A stretch of DNA of 64,000 bases from the human T2T-CHM13v2.0 reference genome, Homo sapiens, in NCBI RefSeq assembly GCF_009914755.1, contig NC_060936.1; one strand, 5' to 3'. Position 1 is the stretch's first letter. Every line of letters starts with the position of its first letter. The position numbers and the translations under genes are program-made. Below are positions 39,333-52,551 of this stretch, piece after piece. The notes under the pieces were generated by a model. The model ran no database searches. It was not told the origin of the DNA and saw only the letters and a program-made list of their open reading frames with translations.

Positions 39333-39455
39333 CTTTTTTTTTTAATTAAAACAATTTTTTTACTTCAATAGCTTTTGGGGTACCAGTGGTTTTTGCTAAC
39401 ACGGATGAATTCTATGGTGGCAAATTCTCAGATTTTAGTGCATCCATCACCCAAG
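39333..39455 (-). mobile_element. Tiny 5'-truncated L1PB-like 3' tip with 17-bp TSD
   Basis: TSD taacactcctaa(t/g)aatt at 39316-39332 and 39456-39472. Confidence 0.8.
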
Positions 39456-40559
39456 TAACACTCCTAAGAATTTTAACTACCACAGCAAAAAAAGTCCTAT
39501 TCTGGATTCATATAGAAAAAAGAAAGAATAGAGGTGATACTAAAGATGCATTTAACCAAAATATTCAGTTTCTGGCATAGCTGATCCAGCTCATCCTTTC
39601 TCATCCAAAAAGATATAAAGCCCAGGTGGTGGGGGTGGGGTGGCTTTACCAATGTCACTAAGTCAGAGTCTACCATGGGAGGGTGAAGAAGGAGGACAGG
39701 TTCGTGAGGGCTCTCACCACACTCAGAGCATGTCTGCAGGACACATGATGGACCTATCCCAGGAACTGATGGAATAAAGAGGTTTGTTTCTGTTTGATTA
39801 CAATTCATGACAGATTGATAACTGCAGAGGCATTCAAACTTGGGGTTTTACCCCCCTTCTCTTTAACACCAGAGCTTATAAGGCTATTCAGGCATCTGGT
39901 GTTTGTTAGACGGCTGCGTTGCATCATCCTTATGATTGCTGGGGAACATCTCCTAGCATTCGAACGATTGGAGGAAAGACTATGGGGCACAAAATGGCCT
40001 CATCCGGTTTACATCTTTATTACTGGCTTCTCGCATACCTGCTTACATCTGGAAAAAATCTCCAGGTAAACCTCTTGGGCTCTTTCTCTAAAGAGTAACT
40101 GTAATTATTAGGGCTATACCCGAATTCAGCTTAGAATAGGTATGTCGCTGAACTTCAGCCAAAACCCTGTGCCTGTCTAAAAGAGATTTTCTTTTTTTAC
40201 ATCCAATTACATAGGAGGGGCCTTTTGCCCACACATGGCCAGTGGGGTTCCTGATTCTTTATGCCCAAGGCTTCTATTTATGCCCTTAGGGAAAAGACAG
40301 GGAAACTTTAGGGAAGAAACAGAGATCTCTTCAAATCTCCTCAGTGTTTTTTCCTCACTACCAAATCCCAGAATTCTAATATGGATTGCAGATCATGTCA
40401 AAATTTTACAAATGCTAAATCTTTACCCTGCTAGGTACTATCACAAACTTTACCTTACTAACCAACAGCATCAAAACAAAACAAAGAACAACAACAATAA
40501 AAATTACAAACAAAGCCAACTACCATCTCTGTTTCCAGCCTATCCCTCTAGTATATGGA

Positions 40560-40900
40560 GTTCATCCATTCAGCATGATTTATTGAGCACGTACTAGGGT
40601 ACCAGGTACCATGCTTGGCACAGGAAACCCCAAACTGAATAAGACTCCCTGCGTCATGCAATTAGCTGGAAAAACAGACCTGCAGCTAATTATGCATAAT
40701 ACTGGCATGTTGCATAGGGTTATGCAGAAGTGTGAATAAAATGTAATGAAAACTCAACTGGGAGAAGGATGAATTATCCTCCCCTAGAAAAGGGATGAAG
40801 CAGGGAGAGTGGCAGTCAAGGAACTTCACTTAGAGATGAAAGTGCAGCTGGGTCTTGAAAACTACGTAGTCTTTCACATAGGAGAGACGAAAACAAGGTG
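40560..40900 (-). mobile_element. L2 3' end
   Basis: ttcatccattcagcatgatttattgagcac...gctgggtcttgaa. Confidence 0.7.
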
Positions 40901-41082
40901 GTTCAGAGAAACAATTGGGGTGTGATCTGTAACTTTTTCAAACACATTTCTGATTATTTTGATAAGTAGTTGTTGTCTAAGATCATCTCATAAGATGCTT
41001 TTTTCCATTTGCTTCCCCCCTCTCCTTTTTAAGACATATATATATATATATATGTGTCTTAAAACATGTATGTATATATATC

Positions 41083-43744
41083 CAGGCACACTTCATCTTA
41101 CTGTGCTTCACTTTATTGTGATCCACATATAGTGCATTTTTTACAAATTAAAGGTTTACGGCCACCCTGCATTAAGCAAGTTTTTGGTGCCATTTTTCCA
41201 GCAGCATGTGCTCACTTCATGTCTCTGTGTCACATTTTGGTGATTCTTGCTATATTTCAAACTTTTTAGTGTTTATTATTACATCTGTTATGGCAATCTG
41301 TGATTTAGTAATCTTTGATCTTACTCTCATAATTGTTTTGGGGCACCACCAACTGAGTCTATATAAATGGCAAACTTAATAAATGTTGTATGTTTTCTGA
41401 CTGCTCCAATAACAAGTCATTTCTCTGTCCCTCTCCCTCTCCTTGTGCCTCCCTATTTCTTGAGACACAACAATATTGAAATTAGGCCAATGAATAACCC
41501 TACAATGCCCTCTAGGTGTCCAAGTGAAAGGAAGAGTCACATGTCTCTCACTTTAAATCAAAAGCTAGAAATGATTAAGTTTAGTGAGGAAGGCAGGTCG
41601 AAAGCCAAGACAGGCTTAAAGCTAGTTCACTTGCACCAAACAGTTAACCAAGTTATGAATGCAAAGAAAAAGTTCTTGTAGGAAATTAAAAGTGCTACTC
41701 CAGGGAATGCATGAATGATAAGAAAGCAAAACAGCTTTATTGCTGATACAGAGAAAGTTTGAGTCATCTAGATAGAAGATCAAACCAGCCACAACATTTC
41801 TTTAAGCCAAAGCCTAATCCAGAGCAAGACCCTGACTCTCTTCAATTATATTAAGGCTGAAAGAGGTGAAGAAGCCACAAAAGAAAAGTTCGAAGCTAGC
41901 AAAGGGTAGTTCATAAGGTTTGAGTGCCAGGTGTAATATAATAGTGCTATAATGTAAAAATGCAAGGTGAAGCTGCAAGTGCTGATGGGGAAGCTGCAAG
42001 TTATCCAGATGATCCAGCCAAGGGAATTAATGAAAGTGGCTACACCAAAAAAGACTTTCAGTGTAAATGAAACAGCCTTCTATTGGAAGATGATGCTACC
42101 TAGGATTTTCATCACTAGAGAGGAGAAGTGAATGCCTGGCTTCAAAGCTTCAAAGGACAGGCTGACTTTCTTGTTAGGGTCTACTGTAGCCGGTGGCTTT
42201 AAGTTGAAGCCAGTGCTTATTTATCATTCTGAAAATCCTAGGACCCTGAAGAATTATGCTGAAACTACTCTGCCTGTTTTCCATAAATGAAACAACAAAG
42301 CCTGGATAACAGCATATCTCTTTACATCATGGTTTACAGAGTATTTTAAGCCTGCAGTTGAAATCTACTACTCAGAAAAATGATCCTTTCAAAATAGTTC
42401 TGCTTACTGACAATGTACCTGGTTACCCAAGAGCTCTGATGGAGATATACAAGGAGATGAATGTTGTTTTCATGCCTACTAATACAACATCCACTCTGAA
42501 GCCCGTGGATCAAAGAGTAATTTTTTAAGTCTTTTTATTTAAGAAATACATTTTGTAGGGCTATAGCTGACATAGACGGTGAGTCCTCTGGTGGATCTGG
42601 GCAAAGTAAATTGAAAACCTTCTGGAAAGGATTCACCATTTGAGATGCCATTAAGAATATTCATGACTCATGAGAGAAAGTTAAAATGTCAACATTAACA
42701 AGAATTTGAAAGAAGTTCATTTCAACCTTCATGGATGATTTTAAGGGGTTCAAGACTTTAGTGGAGGAAGTAACTGCAGATTACGGTGGTGGTGGAAATA
42801 GCAAGAGAACTAGAATTAGAAGTGAAGTCTGAAGATGTGACTGAATTGCTACAATCTCATGATAAAGCTTGAACAGAGGAGGAGTTGCTTCTTACAAATG
42901 ACAAAGAAAGTGATTTTTTGTTGTTGTTGTTTGTTTGTTTGTTTTTTGAGACAGGCTCTTGCTATGTTGCCTAGGTTGGTCTCAAACTTCTGGGCTCAAG
43001 CTACCCTCCCATCTTGCCTCCCAAAGGGCTGGGATTACAGGCCTGATCTACTGCATCCAGCGCGAAAAGTGGTTTCTTGAGATGGCATCTACTCCCAGGG
43101 ATGAGGCTGTGAACATTATTGAAATTACAATATAGGATTTAGAACATTACATAAACTTTTACAAGGAATTACATAGATAGGAAAAAGAGCAAAAATTAAA
43201 AATACTAAAATGACACCAACAACAAAAGAATATTATATAAACTTAGTTGATAAAGCAGCAGTGGGATTTGAGAGTACTAACTCCAGTTTTGAAAGAAGTT
43301 GTACTATGAGTAAAATGCTATCAAACAGCATCGCATGCTACAGAGAAATTGTTCATGAAAGGAGGAGTCAATCAATGCAGCAAACTTCACCACTGTCTTA
43401 TTTTCAGAAATTGCCATGGCTACTCCCACCTTTAGCTACGACCACCCCGGTCAGTCAGCAGCCATCAACATTGAGGTAAGATCCTCCATCAGCAAAAAAA
43501 ATTATGACTCATTGAAGGCTCAGATGATCATTAGCATTTTTTAGCAATAAAGTATTTTTAAGTAAGGTTTGTACGATGTTTAGACATAATGCTGTTGTAG
43601 GCTTACTAGACTACACAATAGTATAAAAATAACTTTTATATGTACTGGGAAGCCAAAAAATTTGTGTGACTTGCTTTACTGAAATATTTACTTCCTTGCC
43701 ATGATCTGTAACTGAACACATAGCATATCTTCAAGGTATGCCTG
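41083..43744 (+). mobile_element. Near full-length Tigger1 (pogo-family DNA transposon); transposase disrupted
   Basis: Termini CAGGCA... and ...AGGTATGCCTG-TA. Transposase N-terminus [24 protein letters not shown] from ~41505, with multiple stops and frameshifts. Confidence 0.95.
42915..43062 (-). mobile_element. FLAM/Alu left monomer nested in Tigger1
   Basis: Monomer with (GTT/GTTT) tail; TSD-like gaaagtg(a/g)ttt. Confidence 0.85.
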
Positions 43745-43885
43745 TATGTATGTATGTGTGTGTATACATACATGTATGTGTATATATATATGTATGTGTG
43801 TTTGTCTATGGACACCTATACATATATACACACACATACATACATACATACATACAAGCATACCTTGTATGTATATATACAGAGA
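43745..43885. repeat. (TATG)/(TA)/(TACA) compound microsatellite
   Basis: Direct reading. Confidence 0.9.
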
Positions 43886-44039
43886 GAGACAACCAAAGGA
43901 AGAGGAGGAGGAGGAGGAACTTAGGGAGAGGCTTCCGTGCCATTTCTTCCATTTTTGCATCCCACATCTAAGAAGAAAGCAGACTCTGTAAGGTCCTTCG
44001 TACCTGCTTATACCTCTGTTCTACTCCCTCTTCTCAGGG

Positions 44040-44450
44040 CAGACTATCATGAGCTTATCTGGACCTCTGCAGCATTGCCAAACTGGCTTCCTGTCTGTGT
44101 GCTCTCTCCCCTCCTCCCAGCCGCCACAATGAAGCCAGTGACCTTTTGAAATTATAAATCTGGGCACCTGGCATCCACTGTAGGACGTGGTGCAGACAAA
44201 CTGTAGTTGAGTCTACAGAGGCCCTTCACAGTCTGGCTACAACCTGTCTGTCCTGGCTCCTCTCTCACCACTTCTTCCTCACTGAAGACTCTTACTACGC
44301 ACAGAAGGTGGCACATCCTTTTATATAATGCTTTCTGCCTGAAATGTCCTTTTGCCTTTTTTGATTCATAGGCTTCAAGGATCCCTCAAATCCAGACTCC
44401 AATAGCATCTCTTTCATGCCGTATATTGCCAATTTCCTTTCCTTCTCTGG
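44040..44450 (+). mobile_element. L2 fragment
   Basis: actggcttcctg, gccagtgaccttttgaaattataaatct, ggcccttcacagtctggc, tctgcctgaaatgtcc. Confidence 0.6.
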
Positions 44451-44460
44451 CGTAAATGTA

Positions 44461-44830
44461 CAGTCACGTGATGCACAATAACATTTCAGTCAATGACGGA
44501 CCTCATATGTGACCATAGTCCCTTAAGATTATAATGGAGCTGAAAAATTCCCATTGCCTATTGATGTTGTAGTAGTTATAGCACAGCACGTTACTTTTCT
44601 ATGTTTAGGTATGTTGTGATACAAAAATACCACTGTGTCACAATTGCCTGCAGTATTCAGTACAGTAACATGCTGAACAGGCTTGTAGCCTAGGAGCAAT
44701 GAGTTATACTAAATAGCCTAGGTGTGCAGTAGGCTATACCATCTAGGTTTGTTGAGTATACTCTATCATGTTTGCACAACAACAAAATCACCTAACACAT
44801 TTCTCAGAATGTATCATCATTAAGTGACTG
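44461..44830. mobile_element. Tigger3a/MER7-like MITE
   Basis: TA-cagtca...tgactg-TA ends; gtagcctaggagcaat and gtaggctataccatctaggtttgt. Confidence 0.85.
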
Positions 44831-45261
44831 TATTCCCACTCTCACTTGTTCAGGTCTTGATTCTAGAGTTCATCACTTCGAATAATTGTCTCCCTCACCA
44901 GATTTGGAGCTCCTGTTGAGGAAAAACACTTTGAATAAATCAATATCTGGAACAAAAGGTAATTAGAATCCATTCTAAGCAAAATAGCTGGTGAAATTCA
45001 TTTTCACTTCTCTTTTCTCTCATTTTCTTTGCCTTATCCTATCCTTTCTTGTAATACCCCATGTAGATCTGTTCTCTGAGCAATGCGCAGAGAACTAGAA
45101 GCTTAATCTGCTAGAAAATAGCTACCACCTACCCCCAGCGTTTATTAAAGGCTAGACCCATACTAACATTCATGATCTCATTTAGTCTTCTGGGCAACAC
45201 AGAAGTCACAGACCGGAGGTTTAATGCAAGCTTTCTTTGCCTGAATCTTCTTAAAAACATA

Positions 45262-45520
45262 TGTTTAAAAATAGATTTAAAGGGTACAAGGGTAGTTTTG
45301 TTACTTGGATATATTGCATAGTGGCAAAGTCTGGGTTTTTAGTGTAAACGTCATCTATAGTGTCCATCGTGCCCCACAGGTAATTTCTCATCCCTCACCT
45401 GCCTCTCACCCTCCCACATGCCTGAGTCTGCAGCATCTATTACTCCATTCTCTATGTTCACGTGTACACATTGTTTAGCTCCCACTTATAAGTGAGAGCA
45501 TGTGATATTTGACTTTCTGT
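45262..45520 (-). mobile_element. L1PB/L1MA 3' end
   Basis: ttgttacttggatatattgcatagtgg...tttagctcccacttataagtgagagcat. Confidence 0.85.
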
Positions 45521-46012
45521 TAGTACATCTTTTTGCCAATATTTAAAAACCAGGAGATCTCACATCAAAACCCCACTTTTTTGATTATTTGGAATACAGA
45601 GAGAATCTGGCAGTTCTGGGCAGCTGCCAGGTAGTGCCAAGTGGCAGCTGCACACTTGAGGTGAGGATGACATTTCCATTTTGCCACAAGCCTTGCCATT
45701 TCCCATGGGCTCCCATTTGCCTTTATATCTGCACAGTTTCATTGTTTCTTAAAATATGCAAATATTTTGTATCCCTGCTTCTACCAAAATGGAAAAATAA
45801 ATATACAGTATGAAGGCCACAGGACTTTTTTTAAAAAAACCTACCTATCTCCTGTAGACATTTGGTTTGTAACCCCTGTGGTAGGTAATATTATTATCCC
45901 TATTTTGCTGATGAGGAAATAGAGGCACAAGGAAGCAAATAACTTCACCATAATTATGTATCTAGAAAGCATCCGGCAAAGACATTTGACTATAACGCCT
46001 ATACTCTTAAAT

Positions 46013-47890
46013 GGAGGTCTCCAAACTTTTTGGTCCTACACCTCTATATAAATAAAAAATGTTAGCATGTCCAGCTAATATGTACATTCACTTTTAAATT
46101 ATGTATGTTCACCACTAAAGTAATATAGTATTCAATTCTAAAATACATGCAAAAGTGAACAATTTTAAAAGATGAGAAAAAAATTTTAAAACATGAATTT
46201 TAAAGTAATTTTAATGTTATTTAAGATGGCATAAAGATGTTTACCTTTACTAAAATAAAAAGATGTTAATAATATCTTTAATGACAGCAGTGTGATTTGA
46301 GTACATTATTATTTTTTAAAACCTGGGTTTAAGAATTTATGAAACAGTGTTTAAAGGTCTGAATCTAAATTCGATTTATCTTAATATTTGCTGAAGTGGC
46401 TGACATAACTGAAAACTGCATTCTACAACAATGTCCCACATGGAAAGGTGCATGACAGGCTTGCTTACAGATCATGATATTCATTTTTTAATCTCAAATG
46501 CTGGCGTACAATGGTGTATGTGGAATTTTGGCTAGCAGATCTTCATATTCTCAGATGTCAATAAGTATGACTGACAATTATTCAAAGGTATTTTTTAAAT
46601 ACTTGAAAAATTTTCAAATGCCATTGAACACCATTAAAACCAGGTTTTAAAATTCTGATCTCAAGTTTTTTGAGCATGAAGCTATGAAAGATTCTTTAAG
46701 GTAAGACGCAAACATAAGATTCTTTAAGGTAAGGCCCAAACATGAGATTCTTTAAGGTAAGACACAAACATCTTTTTCTTCAATAAAAAATCACACAATG
46801 GAAACAGTTCCAAACATTCATGTTCAAAATATTTTCTCCAGATCTGATTTTCTTTAAAAAAAAAAAAAAGCAGCAGCAATTATTCATTGTTGAGATGGCA
46901 TTTTTACCTGAAAGGAATGGATTGAATGTATTTTTCAAAGATAATTTTTAAATAGCACACTACTGGCAGATGCTTGTCATCACAGAAAATGTTGGAAAAT
47001 TTGCAACTTTTAAACTTTTTAAATTTAAATTTTAAATTTTAACTTGGAACTCATTTTTATGATTGTTAGCCCTTTCATGAAATAGGCCCAGTAAGTATAA
47101 AATATTTTCTTGGAACTCTTAAAAAGAACTCATCTTGATGAATGATAACCCTTCCATGAAATAGCTGGCAAGTATAAAATATTTTCATAGCTATTATTTA
47201 TCTCACTGCAAGGTATTATAAAGATTTGACTGTATTTCCATGACCTATATTTCTAAAATTAACCATACACAGTAGCACTTCTGGCCTCAATCCCTCAGCT
47301 GAGCATTTGTCTACAAATAAATAAAGCACTGGATGATTTTCACATGCAGCACCCTTTCCAGAACCTTCTCATGGAATCTGGAAAGAATGGATTCTGGAAT
47401 CTTGTGGAATCTGGAATCTCATGGAACATTCTTTTCCCCAACACTCCAGCCAAGGCAGCCCCCTCACTGGTGGCCACACCTAACAGAGTTTGCCATAAAG
47501 CATTATGTTTATTAAATTGATTATTTCCATCTTTTCTTTATTGGCTCACACAAAAAAGTTATGCATTATTGAAACAAATGCAGCAAATACCATAAGCCAA
47601 GATGTGCTAGAAACATCTACTCTTAATGCAACTGTAAAGGAAATTTCTGCACTATATAATTTGTTGGAATACTTGCTTCTTCACATCTTCACCATGCTGT
47701 GTCTGCATCTTCCAATTGCATTTACTTTCAGTAAATACATTTTAGTTTGTGACCATTGTGAAAATTTATTATACAAAGTGGAGGCATTACTGTCACATCC
47801 AACTAAAATAGAGTCAAGAGGCCTTGAAAAAAACATGCAGGTTACAAGGGGACCACTTCAATTGAAACAACCTGTTGTGACTTCAAGACT
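46013..47890 (-). mobile_element. hAT-Charlie/Buster transposase relic
   Basis: Terminus gtctccaaactttttg. Minus strand gives degenerate hAT-like motifs (DVS, GAALAG, LID); frames broken. Confidence 0.6.
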
Positions 47891-47892
47891 AG

Positions 47893-47898
47893 TTTTTT

Positions 47899-47971
<73 letters not shown>

Positions 47972-48044
47972 TTTCTTTCTTCTTTCTTTCCTTCTTTCCT
48001 TCTTTCTTTCTTCTTTCTTTTTCTTCTTTTCTTTTTTTTTTTTC
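47893..48044 (+). repeat. (TTTC)n microsatellite expanded from an Alu tail
   Basis: ~150-nt pure pyrimidine run. Confidence 0.97.
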
Positions 48045-48352
<308 letters not shown>

Positions 48353-48669
48353 TAGTAACTGCCACCACTGGCCAACCAGAGCTCCCCAGCTCAGGCATAG
48401 CCACAAGTGTTAACAAACTTTCTTTCAAGACAATTTATGTAGTTTTTCTCTCTCCTTACAAAAGCTCAACCTTCTCCTTTGTTCTTTGGACCCACCAGGG
48501 GCCACCCCAGTCTGTTGAAAGTGCCCTGACTTGCAATTCTATTCTTTGAATATTCACAGATAACACCTTTTGCTTGGGATTGCATCCATCCATTTTTATT
48601 TGATATTGCCACCGTCTTCTTTTCAGATTATGGTAGTTACTGTCCCTGGGGCAGGAAAAGCAGTTGCAG

Positions 48670-49175
48670 AGAGACCATCTTTTCTATGCCTGGGTGAATG
48701 GTCATATCCTTTCTACTTTTGGTCCACTTCCAACACTTTACCTTTCAATGTTGTGAAGTATCTCCAAGAGGTGCTCTAAGGAGACTTTTTATTTTCTTTT
48801 GCCAGTGTCACTTCTTCTGAGGCATTTTTATCCTTTTCATCACCTCCACTTTCCTCATTTATGTCAATAAGTTTGCCTTCACTACATTCTCTGGCTGCAA
48901 ACCTAGAGTGTCTCAAAGGGTGGCAGTGTGGACATCCATGGTCCCCTGTTTCTTCTATAATGCCATTTATGTTGGATTCTATTTCATTTCCAGCATTATC
49001 ACTTTTCATTTCTTTGCTGCATTTTCCTATTTGTTAATACCTTATGAGGTTGCTCACAGTTAATCTACTGTGGTAATTGAAATTTGAGCTGTGTTGCTAG
49101 TAGACTAGTATTATTTAATAAAGCTGTAACTAAAATTTGTGCATAATGGAATCATGCAAAGTGATGACTACCTAT
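48670..49175 (-). mobile_element. Old Tigger-family fragment (Tigger13a-like)
   Basis: Minus frame SEGKLIDINEESGGDEKD..EEVT resembles an acidic pogo transposase tail. Confidence 0.6.
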
Positions 49176-49535
49176 ACTGGCAAAGCATATTTTATTTAAT
49201 TTTTCTTATTTTAGATAAAAGTTGTTATAATTAGTTTTAAAGTTTTCCCTACCTCCCGATACAATGTCATGTGTATTTGTGCTATTCTGGGCTTCTAATA
49301 TGAACTTATTGAGCTTAACAACAGAGGTGATCATAATATCTCCAAGATATAATTTGCATTTTAATAGTGCCCCTAAATACACAAGTACTGTGGGAATTTA
49401 GGCAGGGCCTGTTGGATAACATCCTTACTCCAACTACTGAGCCTTGGTTCCCATGTCACTCTCTCTTCATAGGTAAACAATGAAACTACTTCTTTCATTG
49501 ATTCTCTAGTTAAGCTTTTCTACATCTTCTGACAT

Positions 49536-49939
49536 TGTCTTAGTTGTTTGTATTGCTTTAACAAAATACTTGAGACTGGGTAAGTTATAAAGAACAGAAA
49601 TTTATTTCTCACAGTTCTAGAAGCTGGAAGTACAAGATCAAGGCACCAGCAGTTCTCACTTGTGTTGAGGACCCAATCGTTGCTTCCAAGATGGTGCCTT
49701 GTTGCTGTGTCCTTTAGCTGGGTTGAATAGTGTGTTCTTATATAGTAGAAGAGCAGAAGGGCAAAAAGGGGCCTACCTAGTTCCCTCCAACCCTTTTATA
49801 AGGCACTAATCTTATCTATGAAGGTAGAGCCCTCATGACTTAATCACCCCCCTTAAGGCCCTAGCTCTTACCACTGTTGCCTTGGGGATTAAGTTTCAAC
49901 ATAACTTTTGGAGGGAATGCGAGCATTCAAATCATAGCA
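49536..49939 (-). mobile_element. MST/MLT1A MaLR solo LTR
   Basis: tgtcttagt...tttatttctcacagttctagaagctgg...cattcaaatcatagca. Confidence 0.9.
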
Positions 49940-50040
49940 GATAGCTTTGTAAAATAACTTCTAAAACACTTTTCTACTTTCCCAAATATGTCAGAAAATA
50001 TACTAGTTACATTTTATTCCAAGAAATACCCATCCTGAGG

Positions 50041-50078
50041 TCTCTCTCACACACACAAACACACACACACACACACAC
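50041..50078. repeat. (TC)n(AC)n microsatellite
   Basis: Direct reading. Confidence 0.9.
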
Positions 50079-50914
50079 TTCACAATTCTGTGCTCCAGTT
50101 TGTACTGGTTGCTTCCTAGATCCTCTGTATAGATGATGCCCTGGATCCTTGTTTTGCCATTGTCCTAAGCATTCTTTTCACCTTTCTCCTGTGCTGGGTC
50201 CTTTGTTACCAAATGCCTTCATTTATGCCTTCTTTTCAGTACAGTACATCCTGTCTGGTTTCCTATGAAAAGGCACATGCAGAGTTAAAAGTTTTGTAAT
50301 TTGGTATGTTTGAAAATAAGTCTATCCTGCTCTCACACTTTATTAGTATTTCCACAGAGTATAGAGTTCCAAAATGGAAATCATTTTTCCCTTCAAATTT
50401 TGAGGCATTGCTCTACTGACTTGTATTTTCCAGGGTTACTGTTGAGATATCCACTGGAGAGTCTGATCCTTTGTAAGAGTTTGGAAAAGATGATATGACC
50501 AGTGAAGGCTTTTTCCCATTCATTTTGCCAAGCACTTGGTAGGATTTTCAATCAGAGATATGTGTCCTTCCATTCTGAGAAATGTTCTCATATTATGTTT
50601 TTGTCATTATCCTTTGTTTTCTCTGTTCTTTATTGTTGTAATTTCTATTAGTCAGATGTTATATTTCCAGGACTGATTTAATTTTTTAATTTTCATTGCA
50701 TTTCCATCACATCATTCTTTTTATTTCCTTTCTAGGAAATTCTCGCTCATTATTTTACAACCATTTTACTTAAAATTTTTTACACCTATCATTCATATAC
50801 ATATGTAATATATATATATCTTTCATATATTCTCCCCTCATTTCCAAGAGCTGTTGTTCCCTCATTGCTCCATTTTTACATCCTTTTCTTATTAAGAAAA
50901 TGATATTTTTGTTT

Positions 50915-51234
<320 letters not shown>

Positions 51235-52274
51235 AAAATGAATGTTATTTTCTCATTTTTCTAAGAAAATTCATGATAATTTAAAAATGTTTTATTTCTC
51301 CACTCTGCATTGTGTTTCTTTGAGTGCCTTTTCAATTTGCATAGGCCCACGTCTTCTATGAGGAGATGTTCCCCAAGATCCTACTGGTCCTTGGCTGTCC
51401 AGTTCCAGTAACAGGGAAATATCAAACTGTCAATTATGTCTGATGGAAGTTTGCTGACCCATGGGTTTCATGGTAGAAGCGGTCCTCCTTCCTCTCCTCC
51501 TTCCTCTTCTCTTTCTCTTCCTCCTCCTCTTTCTCTTCCTCCTCCTTTTTTTTTTCTTTTTTGTGTGACTCCACATGTTTGATTGTTTTTACTTTGACAG
51601 GAGTATAAACTGGTACAACTATTTTGGGAAACAGTTTGTTATTGTTTTCCTCTGTGGTGATGTAGTTTTTCTCCAATCTCTTGCTGTCCCTGAGTCTAGA
51701 GTTTCCCTGGTACAACTGCTCCTTTCACCTACATTGGTGAGGCTGGAGGTGGGCAAGTCACTCGATTACAGCAGGCAGGGAGGAGGACTCAGGAATCTCA
51801 CTTTTCTTTATACAGGATTAGTATAATTTATAAGGTAATATTTAATACAAATAATGTAATACATACATAAGTTTTGGAGCATAATATTAAGATGAGCATT
51901 TTAACCCATCACCCAATTTAAGAATTAGAGCAATACTAATACTTATGAATTTTATGTATGGACTCTTCTCCTCTGCCTTCATTTTCCTGCTCCAACTGGT
52001 AACTCCAAGTCTGAATTTTGTATTTTTTGCCATCTTATTTTATTTTCTAAAAATAGTAAATTGTTGTATCACATATATAAGTAACCATAAACAATATATT
52101 ATGTAGCTTTGTTTAATTTTGTGCTTTATAAAAATGGTATCATGCTGTGTTGTCTGTGACTTGTTATTTTTCACTAAATATTTTCTGTTTCATTTATCTT
52201 CTTGTTTCCAACCATATTTCATTCATTTTACTACTGTGTGCTATTTCTTTGTGTGGCTACTGTGCCACAATTTG

Positions 52275-52398
52275 CTTTTTAGAGATGGAGTCTCACTATG
52301 TTTGCCAGGTTGGTCTTGAATGCCTGGCCTCAAGCAATCCTTCTACCTTGGCCTTCCAAAATGCCAGCATTACAGGCATGAGCTACTGTGCCCCACCA
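52275..52398 (-). mobile_element. FLAM-type Alu monomer within an L1M relic (~51830-52480)
   Basis: agagatggagtctcactatgtt...gcctcaagcaatcc...attacaggcatgagc. Confidence 0.8.
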
Positions 52399-52551
52399 AC
52401 CACAATTTTTAAATTTATTTTTCTGTTAATGGACATTTGGATTGTTTCCATTTTTTCGTTGCAACATACAACCTTATATAAAACTTTCTTTTCTTTTACA
52501 TATCTTCTAGTATAGGGGTCCCGACCTTCCAGGCCACAGACTGGTACTGGC

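Noticed and set aside
43688-43991. CVYI/HTYI-rich ORFs
   Set aside because: Translation of microsatellites.
46689-46772. CRISPR-like repeat array
   Set aside because: Head-to-tail tandem repeat without unique spacers, in eukaryotic DNA with no cas genes.
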